Virus record (IMG/VR): IMGVR_UViG_2859799533_000007 | From: a virus | Lineage: Duplodnaviria > Heunggongvirae > Uroviricota > Caudoviricetes | DNA length: 23,282 nucleotides | Direction: 5' to 3' (one strand) | Shown: positions 9,903 to 20,397 of the stretch, piece after piece | Layout: each line of letters opens with the position of its first letter | Numbering within the stretch: position 1 is the first letter of the stretch | Notes under the pieces: model-generated | Databases searched by the model: none | The model's input: the letters and a program-made list of their open reading frames with translations, nothing else | Told to the model about the DNA's origin: nothing | Position numbers and translations under genes: made by a program

Positions 9903-12509
9903 CGCCCGCTCCCCGATAACAGACCGCCATCACGCAACTGCAGCCGGAGCTCATCCTGCGCACCTTTACGGGCCATCTCATACACCGCTTTCATCAGCTG
10001 CGGCCCTGCCTGCCCGTTGGGGCCGTCGTTCTGAATCACCACGTGATTGTTCTGATTAAAATTAATGCCTTCGGCCCGCCGCATCTGCGCCGGACTTCCG
10101 GCACCGCCGACATAACCACCTTCCGCATACCCGCGCATCAGACGATACAGGTTGCCGACACCAATCCGGCTGGTCGCCTCCTTCGTGAAGACAAACTCCC
10201 CGCGATGGACAATCCCCGCAGGCTCATATTTGCCGCCCGTCCCGTAAATCCTCCGGTCGCGAAATGGAAGTTCGCCGCCGCAGCCTGAATGGCCGTCCCC
10301 GTGGAAGCGGATGCGCCACCACCGAAAGCACCACCAATGGCGCTGCCGATACGCCCGACAATCCCCACCATCGCCTGCTTCAGAAAAATCTCTGTCAGCA
10401 TGGAGAGCACGGAACGGGTGAAACCACGCCAGTTCTGTTCGCTGCCGGTCAGCATCGCCGCCATATTCTGTGCAATACCGTCAAAGGTCTGCGTGGCCAC
10501 ACTTTTTACCTGCGAAAAACTGTCCGTCGCACTTTCCGCCCACTCGCCCCAGCCGGACTTCATCCCGGCCATCCAGCTTCCACGAAGCTGCTCCTCCGCA
10601 GACCAGGTGTTCTTCAGTGCAGATGTGGCCTTCGCCAGCGCAGCCGGATTATCACCGTACACCTCACGAAGGCGCTGCTCTTCCGACTCCCGCTGCGCCT
10701 GACGGTCGGTGAGTCCGCGGGCTTTTGCGCTGATTGCCGCCTGCTTCGCGCTCTGCTGCTGTTCAAACCGCGCCGCCTGCTGTGCCAGCTCATTCAGCCG
10801 CTTCTGGTGTTCAATCTTGTCTCCCAGCTCAGCCAGCTGGCGTTTGTACTCCAGCGTCTCTTTCTCATGAGCCAGCAGGGATTTTTCCTGCCAGGATAAC
10901 TGCCGTTTCGTGGCAGCCTCTTTCAGGACCGCATACTGACTTTCCGCCTTCCATAAATCACGGCGCTGCCGGCTGATTTTCTCATTCGCACCGCTGTGTT
11001 TTTCCAGCGTCCTGAGCTCAGCTTCAAGGGCAAGCAGAGCCTCTCTTGCCTGCTCCTCTTCCCTCTCCCCGGCAGAGCGCGTTTTCGGTGATGTATGCTT
11101 TTTACCTGTCAGCTCTTCAGCCAGACGGCTGACGGCTTCCTGCTGCCCAAGACCTTTGCTGACGCCTGTTGCACGCGAGCGGTTGATGTACCCCATTTCC
11201 CCCTGGCGTATACGCGCATCCCGTTCCGCAATGGATTTTCTCAGCGCCAGTTCATCGCGTTTTGTTTTCTCAATAAATACGCGGTTCTCTTCTGCCAGTT
11301 CACCAAACAACGCACCAACGCCGGGCACATTCTTTGTCGTTTCCCAGGCTGACTGAATAAATTCAGCCAGTGCCAGATCCCCTGCACAAGCAGCAGCTTC
11401 ACCTGTTCAACGGTTCCGGCCACCACGTCAGTGATCAGACTGAGTGCCCCCAGTGTATGATCACCTATCCATGCCCATGCGTCAGAAGTCCAGGTTTTAA
11501 CATCGTCCCAGATTTTTTCCACCGGCGTGGCCGCTTTATCAAGTTGCTCCAGACGTGCATTCATGACATCCGCAAACAGGGACATCGCCTCCGTCACCGC
11601 AGCCTGTTTACCTTTCGTGCGCTCAAGCTCATCAATATGGCGTAACTGGGAAACGCTCAGGAAGTTATACTGCTGATTCAGGGAGGCCAGCGCCTTCACC
11701 GGATCTGCTGCAATCCCTTCAAAGGCTTTTTCCACCTTCCCGGCATCGTCCCCCACCGTCTGCAGCCATCTCTGAGAGGTTTCCCCCATGATCCGTAGCT
11801 GCCCGGCGGTATATTTCCCGCTTTCTGCCAGACGGGCCAGATTTTCTGCCGCCTGTCTGATACCACCACCGGCTTCATCGCTGATCACCCCGGCCATTTT
11901 CCACAATTCTGCCGTTGTGGTGGCAGCCGCCCCTCCGGTCAGGATCAGTGAACGCAATAAGGCCCGGTCAGCCTGCTCTGCCTGCCAGGCGGCGGCAGCA
12001 AGCACGGCCAGTACGGCAACCCCGCCACCTGCCGCCACACGGACCACCGACATAAATCGTCCCAGCTCACCGGCATTCCGGGCATTTTCAGCCAGTGCAT
12101 TTGCCGTATCTGACAGCGACTCCTCTGATGATTCAGAGGCATCCCTGATCCCGAGAAGTTCCTCCTTCAGCAGGGTAAGCAGGCTGAGCGGTTCACCGAA
12201 TGAATCGCTGATCTGCCCCCCCTGCTGCAGCATGATAAGGAAGGGATTCTGACCACCGGCAAGCTGAGTGACAATATCCGTGAACTGTGCGGGCAGTGTG
12301 CGCATGGCAGCCTTATACTGTCCGACTCATATCCCGGCTTTTTGTGCAGCCAGCGCCTGTCGGCTCAGCCCCTGTTCAACAGTACTGGCGGTTTTTCTGG
12401 CATCCGCCTCCAGACTGGAAAAATGACGGCGTACCCGGGCCATCTGTTCATCAAACCGGGCCGCATCCAGACTCAAATCAATAACCAGATCACCCGCTGG
12501 CTGGGACAT
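9899..12509 (-). pseudogene. H: Tail tape measure protein H, disrupted by one in-frame stop and two frameshifts
   Basis: N-terminus MSQPAGDLVIDLSLDAARFDEQMARVRRHF… is H-like, then an in-frame TGA at 12327-12329. Reading continues in the same frame to ~11390, shifts frame near the C4 run 11389-11392, and shifts again at the C3 run 10241-10243 before the H-like C-terminus …QNNHVVIQNDGPNGQAGPQLMKAVYEMARKG…. Confidence 0.85.
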
Positions 12510-12903
12510 ATCTCACACCTCCGGAAATCCCCGCTGAAGCCATCATTAATGCAACATCATCCTCGCTGACATCCACCACATTCGCAGAAGGTGAAATATC
12601 GCGCCCTCCGTCCCCTCCGAACCGGACGCCTCCGGCAACTCCTGTCGCTTTCTGCATCAGCATTTCTTCCTCGTCCGGCATCTCCGTCTGCTCTTCCTCA
12701 CACGCTGGAGCAAGCAGACTGAAATCCGCCGGATGCATATCCGGATCGCCAAAAAACAGGCTGAGTACGGCGTACATCAGCCCGGAAAAATGAGCGTCCA
12801 GTTGGGTATCCTGAAAATAATGCGTGCAGTAAAAACGTCGCCAGTCGGCATATTCGGTGGATGTCATCCCGGCAAGCATGGCGCGCCAGTCGGGTCTCCC
12901 CAT
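12490..12903 (-). CDS. T: Tail assembly chaperone T domain (normally made only as the G-T frameshift fusion)
   Basis: …RPDWRAMLAGMTSTEYADWRRFY… followed by an acidic stretch and GGVRF/GGVRYV motifs; its stop lies 17 nt after the H start codon, a lambda-like overlap. The frame is open upstream to 12927. Confidence 0.75.
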   Translation of the reverse strand: MGRPDWRAMLAGMTSTEYADWRRFYCTHYFQDTQLDAHFSGLMYAVLSLFFGDPDMHPADFSLLAPACEEEQTEMPDEEEMLMQKATGVAGGVRFGGDGGRDISPSANVVDVSEDDVALMMASAGISGGVRYVPASG

Positions 12904-13321
12904 CTCTCGCGCCAGTTTCAGGACAAGTTACCGGCTCAGTCGCTTCTGCTTTCCCGGTTTGTTCAGGATCGGCATCGTGCCGGTTATCCAGCATACCTGA
13001 AAGATAAAGCACCCGGTTCGTTGCCTGATTCAGTGCATCAGCAGGCCATCCCAGCATCACTTCACGGCGGATCTGCTGCATCTCTGTCTCCGGAGAGGCC
13101 AGAGTGCCTTTGAGGGAATGGGTATGCCATAGCGACATCGCCACAAGCAGGGATGCCGTTTCCAGATATCGCTGGTTAATGTGCACGACATCATGCTTCG
13201 TTGTCTCCTGTTGTTCTGCGTCTGAAACAAACTTTATATAATCAAACCGCTGCAGCGCAGACAATTCGGAAAGCGTGACAGACACACCGTTATATTCAAA
13301 TTGTTCTGTTTTCAGAAACAT
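12698..13321 (-). CDS. G: Tail assembly chaperone G; N-terminal ~125 aa G-like, 3' extension probably spurious
   Basis: MFLKTEQFEYNGVSVTLSELSALQR… resembles lambda G. The ORF is 207 aa (lambda G is 140 aa); the part beyond the GGGAAAG heptamer is Arg/Cys-rich and looks like an out-of-frame reading of the T region. Confidence 0.6.
   Translation of the reverse strand: MFLKTEQFEYNGVSVTLSELSALQRFDYIKFVSDAEQQETTKHDVVHINQRYLETASLLVAMSLWHTHSLKGTLASPETEMQQIRREVMLGWPADALNQATNRVLYLSGMLDNRHDADPEQTGKAEATEPVTCPETGARDGETRLARHACRDDIHRICRLATFLLHALFSGYPTGRSFFRADVRRTQPVFWRSGYASGGFQSACSSV
12949..12955 (-). promoter_or_regulatory. GGGAAAG slippery heptamer (putative G-T -1 frameshift site)
   Basis: Plus-strand CTTTCCC at 12949-12955. 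In the frame that reads it as G GGA AAG a TAA follows 7 codons later (12928-12930), lambda-like, but that frame is neither the N-terminal G frame nor a -1 partner of the T frame. Confidence 0.5.
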
Positions 13322-13334
13322 GTATTACCTCCGT

Positions 13335-14087
13335 TTACCCTGCAGCGCCCGCTTCAGTAACGGTGACTTCAGCCACTGCGGCGAACTGACCATTTCCGCT
13401 CACCACAAGGATCTGCACCTTACCTGTCGCCACGCCGTTTACCGTAATTGTCATATCTTTCACACTAATGGTGGCTTTCGACGGATCGGCGGAAACCGCT
13501 CTGAACGTCTTGTCGGTTGCACTTTCCGGCTCAAAAGAAACCGTCAGGGTGGTTGTTTTCCCTTTTGCCACCGTACCGGATGTCGGCGTCACCTTAATCG
13601 CACTGACCGGCGTAATTTTGCTGCGTTCTTCCGCTACAGAAGGTTTACCCACGTTAGTGACTTTCACCGTGCGGGTGATCACTTCTTTCGCCGTCACGGC
13701 CTTACCGATACTGCTGACCCAGCCACGAAACACATCCACCGTGCCATTCGGAAAACGGATTTTATAGGCCCGGACATCGCCGCTTTCAAACCAGCCTATA
13801 AGCCCTTTCTGGCCTTCCTCTCCCGGTTTCCAGGCCAGCGTAAAACTGGTATCACCTGCAGATTTCTGCCCCTGCCCGGTCGCGTTCCAGTCCGCGTCTT
13901 CATCATCCAGGTAGTTATCATCGTAGGATTCTGCCGTCATCTCGCCCGGCGTCAGATCCTTCACCTTAGCCAGTCGCTGCCAGTCATCGTCTGACAACGG
14001 GTTTGCATAAGCATCACCCTTGCCGTTGTAAACCCACAGAGTGGTACCGGCACCTTTTACCGGCTCAAGGGGATTTGGTGTTGCCAT
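13335..14087 (-). CDS. V: Major tail protein V with C-terminal Ig-like domain
   Basis: 250-aa [67 protein letters not shown]…; Thr/Val-rich C-terminal beta domain. Confidence 0.9.
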   Translation of the reverse strand: MATPNPLEPVKGAGTTLWVYNGKGDAYANPLSDDDWQRLAKVKDLTPGEMTAESYDDNYLDDEDADWNATGQGQKSAGDTSFTLAWKPGEEGQKGLIGWFESGDVRAYKIRFPNGTVDVFRGWVSSIGKAVTAKEVITRTVKVTNVGKPSVAEERSKITPVSAIKVTPTSGTVAKGKTTTLTVSFEPESATDKTFRAVSADPSKATISVKDMTITVNGVATGKVQILVVSGNGQFAAVAEVTVTEAGAAG

Positions 14088-14094
14088 ATCGTCC

Positions 14095-14490
14095 TCACAT
14101 CTCGTATGTAATGGAATAAGTCAGATCTGCAGAACTCCATAACGCCATATCGTCATCACGACGATACTCATAGCCCTGCGTAACCATCGTGGTAATCAGT
14201 CCTGCCAGTGCCGGGATCGCAGTCATCGCCGGGTAAATCCGGCTTTCCATCCACTGATCAAGCTCTGAATCCGGTACCTGTGCCGGTAAAAACACCTCAA
14301 TATGCAGCGTGGCCCGCCAGGTATCTGCATCCAGCTCTTCACCGGTATACTCTGCATCCGTCAGATAAACCGCGATCGCAGGAAAATCCTCTTCGTCAAA
14401 AACAACGGGGCGACCATCAAACAGCGTCGCCCCGTGTTCATGCTGCTCGAGTGCATCCAGCACTGCGGCACGAATGTCAGTGTGTTTCAT
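14095..14490 (-). CDS. U: Tail terminator protein U
   Basis: 131-aa ORF in the lambda U position and size. Confidence 0.85.
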   Translation of the reverse strand: MKHTDIRAAVLDALEQHEHGATLFDGRPVVFDEEDFPAIAVYLTDAEYTGEELDADTWRATLHIEVFLPAQVPDSELDQWMESRIYPAMTAIPALAGLITTMVTQGYEYRRDDDMALWSSADLTYSITYEM

Positions 14491-15062
14491 CGTTTTATCG
14501 CAATCCTCAGTTGTTGTTTCAGCGCGTATGCCAGTTCTTTAGGCAGGCGTTCACGCCGGATACGGTCAACATTCTCATCAAATGCCTGTTTCAGTGGGGC
14601 CGCCATCGGGATTTTCACCACCTGAATGGGAAGGCGATTACGCTTTTTCCTTCCCTTGTCGTCATTGCCCTCCTCATATCTGGCCTGGGGAAGACGTTGC
14701 ATAACATGCCAGCGCCCATTATTTAATCGCTGGATAAATGCCCGCTGATAACGATGCTGACCGGCTTTGAGTATGCTGTTCGGACGACGTCCCAGCATTC
14801 TGATCCCCAACTTAATCACAGGGAGATCACCGCGGTTAACGATAATTCTGGCATTCGGATTTCTGACCGTCGCCCGTTTCAGTCTGGACCGTTCCTTTAC
14901 CAGTTTCCGTCTCACCCTGGTTTCCCGGGCAACCTGTGACGAAGACTGATTAATCGCCGTTGTGGCCACGCGGTTAATCGTCATTGCTGAAGCCGCCGGA
15001 ATGGCGTTTTTACGAACCCGGCTCAGATTATCAATCGCCTGATCAAGCCCTTTTATCGCCAT
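14487..15062 (-). CDS. Z: Tail completion protein Z
   Basis: 191-aa ORF in the lambda Z position and size; stop overlaps the U start. Confidence 0.85.
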   Translation of the reverse strand: MAIKGLDQAIDNLSRVRKNAIPAASAMTINRVATTAINQSSSQVARETRVRRKLVKERSRLKRATVRNPNARIIVNRGDLPVIKLGIRMLGRRPNSILKAGQHRYQRAFIQRLNNGRWHVMQRLPQARYEEGNDDKGRKKRNRLPIQVVKIPMAAPLKQAFDENVDRIRRERLPKELAYALKQQLRIAIKR

Positions 15063-15077
15063 AATTTCACCCTGCGT

Positions 15078-15431
15078 TTATCGTCGCCGGTTAACAGCGG
15101 GTGGTTGCCCACGGTTGAGCCAGAGATAACAGCTTCCCCCGTCATCCGGAGAAATACGATCCACCCAGAACATCTCGCCGTTAATGGTCAGCGTGTCACC
15201 ACGCCGCACGGCACGCACCGTATCCGTCCGCACAAATAATGACGGGCTGCTTCCTTCAATACGGACCCCGCCACCGGCAAAACCCAGCGACTCCGGATCG
15301 TCAAAAACCCCCTGAACTTCGCTTCCACGCTGTGCTCCCGAGGTGAACTGCGCACAGAGCCCCATCACTTCAACAATCGTGCTGTCCACCCCGGCAAGGG
15401 CAGCATCAAAGGCATTCTGAAAATCACGCAT
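15078..15431 (-). CDS. FII: Head-tail joining protein FII
   Basis: 117-aa ORF, same length and position as lambda FII. Confidence 0.85.
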   Translation of the reverse strand: MRDFQNAFDAALAGVDSTIVEVMGLCAQFTSGAQRGSEVQGVFDDPESLGFAGGGVRIEGSSPSLFVRTDTVRAVRRGDTLTINGEMFWVDRISPDDGGSCYLWLNRGQPPAVNRRR

Positions 15432-15807
15432 GCTCAGCCGTTCCGTGCTGTATCATGGCTGTCGCCAGTGGTGATGGCACCATAACACGCATGCCCCGGT
15501 ACGTCAGTTCAACGGGACGGCCTGTCTCCGGGCAATACCCCATCACATGCAGGCATTTCCGCACACGGACCGCTTTAACATCATCCGTAGCATCCGTGTT
15601 GTTCAACTGCTCACCATCGTCTGTGTGATTTTGATCAGCCCCGCTCTCATCAGAGTGCATAATGCCCTCCGGGGAAACAGCAAGCTCCTCTTCCCACTCA
15701 GACACACGTTGAGCAATATCCGCAGCACTCCCCGACATATCCGCCTCGCGCCCCAGCAGGCCAGCCAGTTGACGAAGACGATTCAGATTTTCTTCTTTTG
15801 TTGCCAT
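15424..15807 (-). CDS. FI: DNA packaging / head assembly protein FI
   Basis: Start placed at the ATG at 15807, preceded by AGGAGG (MATKEENLNRLRQLAGLL…); acidic central region; lambda FI position. Confidence 0.8.
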   Translation of the reverse strand: MATKEENLNRLRQLAGLLGREADMSGSAADIAQRVSEWEEELAVSPEGIMHSDESGADQNHTDDGEQLNNTDATDDVKAVRVRKCLHVMGYCPETGRPVELTYRGMRVMVPSPLATAMIQHGTAEHA

Positions 15808-15858
15808 CTCAGCCTCCTGTGAAAAAAGACACGGGGGCATTTCGCCCCCGCTCACGGA

Positions 15859-16887
15859 TTATTTCACCTGTACCACCACAAACTCATCCGGATCCGGCAG
15901 CACCATCAGCGGTGCGGACTGCGTCATGGTGAATTCACGGGCCGGATCGCCCACAGTCAGCCAGTGTTTCGGATAACGGGAAGAGGCCACCACACCTTCG
16001 GACAACGCCTGCGCATCCTGAATGGCACCATAGCAACGAATGCCCTCTGCTGCCGTATTCCCCAGGACCAGTGTGCCCTCCGGCAGATAACGTTTTTCGG
16101 TACCGTCCTCTGCCACATAAGACGTTTTCGCCACCACAATGGCCAGATCGCCGTAATACCCCTTGAAGGACACCACCGCCCCCAGGTCTTTCACTGCCGT
16201 TTCGAGTTGTGAATTTGAGCCGCGACGGGTATCCAGTTTTTCGCGGAACAGCTTAAAGCCATTCAGCAGACGCCAGACCGTACCGTCCATAATGGCGATA
16301 TTCACAAGGCCGCTGGCCTGATCGCAGTAGAGGTCAATATCATGCGTCGGATCAAACGTATCACGGTCCTGCTCAGACCATTTTTTACCGTCAGCCTGCT
16401 CAATGTTATTTCCTTCAGAGCGCCCGAAATCCACCTCGACAGTATCAAACTGATCCCCTTCCATGGTGTATTTGCCATACAGCACGGCATTCACCGCCTG
16501 CATTTCTTCCACCTGGACAATGGCGTGCTCTTCCTGTTTGAGGTTATCGGTAATGATACGCAGACGACGGTAGGCCGGGTCGTTCAGCTGAGCCGGATCT
16601 TCACCAGGAAGGCGCTCAACCGCCTGCTGGTAATTAAATTCGTGTTTGGGCTTGACGTAGCCCGGACGTAACACGCGGGTTTCACCACCGCGATGGCGAA
16701 GCACTTTTCCTTCAACGATCGGGGAGACATAGGCCGCCACCGGCGTTTTTCCGGTAATTTTGTCCAGCATCACCTCTTCGGTGTGGAAATTCACCGTACG
16801 GCGGAAAAACAGCTCCAGAAACAGCGCACGGAATTTCACTTTTTGTTCGGTATAACCGAGTAACTGGCGGGTCGTAAACAATCCCAT
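15859..16887 (-). CDS. E: Major capsid protein E
   Basis: 342-aa ORF with extensive similarity to lambda E (…YVSPIV.G.V.R.RGG…PGYVKPKHE…DTRRGSNS.LETAVKDLG…GDPAREFTM.QSAPLM…). Confidence 0.93.
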   Translation of the reverse strand: MGLFTTRQLLGYTEQKVKFRALFLELFFRRTVNFHTEEVMLDKITGKTPVAAYVSPIVEGKVLRHRGGETRVLRPGYVKPKHEFNYQQAVERLPGEDPAQLNDPAYRRLRIITDNLKQEEHAIVQVEEMQAVNAVLYGKYTMEGDQFDTVEVDFGRSEGNNIEQADGKKWSEQDRDTFDPTHDIDLYCDQASGLVNIAIMDGTVWRLLNGFKLFREKLDTRRGSNSQLETAVKDLGAVVSFKGYYGDLAIVVAKTSYVAEDGTEKRYLPEGTLVLGNTAAEGIRCYGAIQDAQALSEGVVASSRYPKHWLTVGDPAREFTMTQSAPLMVLPDPDEFVVVQVK

Positions 16888-16944
16888 AAATCAGTTCCTT
16901 TCATTAAGAAATCAGTCAGGCCAACGCGGTGGCCTGATAACGTG

Positions 16945-17292
16945 TTACGGCAGCGCCGCGTGACTCAGGGCTGTGCCGGCAAAGGCATTTGCCTTTTTGT
17001 GTTCATCCCCACTGTCAGGCCAGCGGATTGCCTCCGTCGCAAAGGTCCCCGACTTGTAATAGGTCAGCACCGTCTCTGTGCCTTCAAGCGGCAGTACCAG
17101 TATGCCAACCGCACTACCGGCTTTCTGTCCATCCCAGACCACCAGTTTCCCGGTGGCTTCATCCAGCATCAGGGGCGTCAGAGCCGGTGTTGCCGAGGAA
17201 ATCCCGCTGCTGCCTGTGGCGGTGTGAGCCGGATCATTACCGGCAAAAATACGTACTTCCGCACGCTGTTCAGTGATGGTTTTCGTCACCAT
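16945..17292 (-). CDS. D: Head decoration protein D
   Basis: 115-aa ORF …NDPAHTATGSSG…TPLMLDEATGKLVVWDG…AVGILV…TYYKSGTF… resembles lambda D. Confidence 0.9.
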   Translation of the reverse strand: MVTKTITEQRAEVRIFAGNDPAHTATGSSGISSATPALTPLMLDEATGKLVVWDGQKAGSAVGILVLPLEGTETVLTYYKSGTFATEAIRWPDSGDEHKKANAFAGTALSHAALP

Positions 17293-17328
17293 TTTGTTAA
17301 AACCTCATATTGATGGTCAGCACTGACT

Positions 17329-18833
17329 TCATGGCATGGCCATGAGCATTTTCACGTCCGCATCACCGTCTGCTGACGTCTGTGACACGCCACCCCGCAC
17401 CGCTGCCGGTGAATGATTCGCCATGAAATGTTCAAACAGGGCGGTTGTGGATGCAGAGACCGGTTCGGCCTTACCTGATCCCGCAGCCAGCACCGCCCGG
17501 GCGTTCTCCACGGTCATTCCCGGGCAGGCCGCCAGTTTTTCAGCCTGCGCTTCTGCCCCTTTTGCCTCATCCAGGGCCATGATCTGATCACGAAGTGAGG
17601 GCCCGGCATCCGCCAGTGGTGCAGCCGCCAGGATCGGGCGGGCTTTTTCCACCGTCATCTCCGGCATCGCCGCCAGCGTTGCCGCCAGTTGTTCACGACC
17701 GTTCGCTTCTTCACACGCCATAATGCGATCGGCTTCACTCTGCGCGGATGCCACCGGCTGCTGCGGTGCCGCCGCGGCCAGAATCGCCCGGGCCTGTTCA
17801 ACGCTCATGCCCTGTTGCCCTGCCAGCATCGTGGCAAGCTGTTCACGTCCTTTCGCTTCCTGGCATGTCAGGATCCCCATCACTCGCTGGTTCTCCTGCA
17901 CGGCGGCTTCCGTTGCAGTTAATTGCGGCATAGTGCCTCCTCTGACATTACTGTTCAGCGCCGTGGCCATCACACTGATGGCATCCGACGCATTGATTAA
18001 TTCATCCGCCAGCCCGGCCTCAATGCCGGACTGACCTTCAAAAACAGCGGCCTCTGTTCCCGTGACTGCATCAACAGACAGACCGGTAAACATCGCCACT
18101 TTTTCGGCAAACATCCGGCGCGCCGCATCAATCCGCTGCTGCATGTCCTGGCGAACCTCTGCCGGCAACGCTTCAAACTGATTGCCATCCACCTTGTGCG
18201 CCCCTGAGTAAATCAGCGTGATATCCACACCGGCCTGCGCCAGATGACCGGCATAGCTGACATGGCTCATCATCACGCCAATGGAACCGATACGGGATGT
18301 CTGGGTAACCAGCCGTCGGGAGCAGGCCGACGCCAGCAGCATGGCCGCAGAACAGGCCGTGTCATTACACAGTGCCCAGACCGGCTTCTGCTGCCGGAGG
18401 CGGTAAATCATGTCAGCGCAGTCAAACACGCCGGCGGCCTGCCCGCCCGGACTGTCAATGTCCAGCAGTATGCCCCGCACCTGGCTATCTGCCATTGCCT
18501 GCTGAAGACAGGTGACAATGCCGTCATAGCCAGTCATTCCGGAAAATGGCCGCATCCCCCCAGCCGGTGCACCAGCGTGCCGGTCACCGGCAGTACCGCA
18601 ATACCGTTCACCACCCGGTAAACACGGGCCGGTCGTTTACCTCCGGCCATGTACTCGTCCGTTTCAGCCAGCATCCCGGGAGCATCAAGCTGTACCTGCT
18701 GTTGCGGTACCGAAAGACTTGCTGCCCCCATCTCGCGCCCCAGCGCGCAAAAGAAAACCCGCGCATAGGCGGGCTCCAGAAGCAGCGGTTCATTGAATGC
18801 TGCTGCAATAATGTGTGAAAGATTACGTCTCAC
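17329..18833 (-). pseudogene. C: Head maturation protease C with nested scaffold Nu3 (S49/ClpP-like), frameshifted
   Basis: N-terminal segment (…AAFNEPLLLEPAYARVFFCAL…) is in a different frame from the rest (…SGMTGYDGIVTCLQQA…KPVWALCNDTACSAA…). The frames join at the C6 run at 18556-18561. Confidence 0.85.
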
Positions 18834-19595
18834 GTGGTGTTGTCTCCTCTTCCGGCCTGCGACTCTCCGCTATCTGCTGCTGATACGCCTGCGCTATCCA
18901 CACCGGACGTGAGAGTCCGGCTTTTTCCCGCTCTGCAGATTCCCTGACCTGCTGGCAGAAAATGTCCTGATAATCCTCGCCCATCAGCGCCAGCTCTTTC
19001 TCATACGTGCTCAGTCCGGCCTCAATGCGCATCACTGATTCCTGAACCTCCTTGAGCCCGTCAATGGCCATTCTTCCGGCTCCAATCCACTCAGCCCGTG
19101 ACCAGGCTGATCGCGCCTGATAAAAATCAAACCGTGCCCGTGGCGGACGAATAATCCCCGAAGAAGTGCCTCTTCCAGCCAGCAGGAAAACATCTGCGTG
19201 GCCAGCCGGGACGCAATAAATTTTCGCCGCCCCATAAAATAGCGCCACGACTCATTGGCGGATGCGCGGGCACTTGAGTAACTGACCTTCGAGTAATCAC
19301 GGGACAACTGTTCGTAGGAAACGCCAAGACCGGCGGCGATATACCGCAGCAGCGCCTGTTCAAGCGCCGAAAATCCATTGTCTGAATCCTGCGCGGTCTG
19401 AAGTTTCAGATCATCACCGGGGAAAAGGTGCGGAATTTTGACACCGCCCAGCATCACGCTATTCGTGTCATACCAGGTGGAGAACTTATCCAGAATATTA
19501 ATAAGCGGATTATCCTTCTGCCCCTGCGGCGCACCGGCGATATATTCAAAGGCCTTTTCGGTATCAAGGTCACTTTCAATCGTCGCTGCATACAT
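18823..19595 (-). pseudogene. B: Portal protein B, 3' half only, with an internal frameshift
   Basis: Two frames carry portal-like sequence and join at the C4 run 19156-19159. Only ~257 codons are present (lambda B is 533 aa); upstream of 19595 the frame reads AT-rich non-coding sequence. Confidence 0.75.
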
Positions 19596-19783
19596 CGCCT
19601 TTATGAAAAGACAGGAAAAAATAAAATTTAAAAACAGTACATTACGAATGCTCAGACCTATCGTTTAAAGGAGTCGCAATACACACTGCAATACACGATT
19701 ATTTATAAGATGAGCGGCATCCGTCATAAAGCTGGTGGATGCTTTTTCTATGCATATATGCACAGTTTTAGTGGGCGTTAATG

Positions 19784-19807
19784 TCGATATAGGGATCCCC
19801 ATATCGA
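19784..19807. repeat. 24-bp near-perfect palindrome TCGATATAGGGATCCCCATATCGA (operator-like)
   Basis: Differs from its reverse complement at one symmetric position pair only. Confidence 0.6.
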
Positions 19808-20025
19808 GATTGGATACCAGGCTTTTTTAATCAGGCTGGTGGGCTTTACCTGTTTTGTATGAGTGGTCATCATGACCATGTCATAACAAAAACCCCATAT
19901 TCGTGGTTTTTCTGTGTCGGGCTATTCTGTCGTTGCTGTGCTGATTTGGCTGGTGGGCTGAATCATCATTACGGCGATGCAGCTATGTAGACGTTCCGGC
20001 CTCCTCAAATTGAGGATTGTGGAAG

Positions 20026-20187
20026 AATCAATGGGTTAGTCTTACTTTCCCGACATCCCCCAATGGGGGGTTTCGAAACAATCAATAGCTTAGGCTTACT
20101 TCCCCGATTTCCTGCATTGCAGGTTTTCGAAATAATCAATGGGTTAGGCCATCGTGCAATTTTGCACTTTGCCAGCCAGCGCAATGT
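20026..20187. repeat. Tandem array of three 54-bp direct repeats, each with an internal GC-rich hairpin
   Basis: Units begin AATCAAT at 20026, 20080 and 20134. Units 1 and 2 share ~40 of 54 positions, with the hairpin arms changed in a compensatory way (CCCCC-AAT-GGGGG versus CCTGCA-T-TGCAGG); unit 3 diverges after position 15. Confidence 0.7.
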
Positions 20188-20397
20188 CGCGTTATCAGTC
20201 CTCAGATGTGAGGGATGTAGCCAGCTTTTCCCCCAGTGGGGGATATCCAGCACCGACGGCTTAACTGTGCGTGCCAGCACAAGGTAGCCTTGAACTACTT
20301 ACTGCATCCCATCTTACAGGCCGTGCCTTCCTGCTTAACTTTTTGCAATGCAACAAGTCAGCCAGCGCAATTTTGCGTTATCGGGAATATCAGCAAG

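Noticed and set aside
20026-20187. CRISPR array interpretation of the 54-bp tandem repeats
   Set aside because: The conserved portion is degenerate, the variable portion is only ~23 bp and is itself palindromic, and there are only three units with no cas genes nearby.
20026-20187. tRNA genes, which some Stx phages carry upstream of the toxin genes
   Set aside because: The TTTCGAAA motifs resemble a T-loop only superficially; no acceptor stem, anticodon arm or cloverleaf can be built from the 54-bp units.
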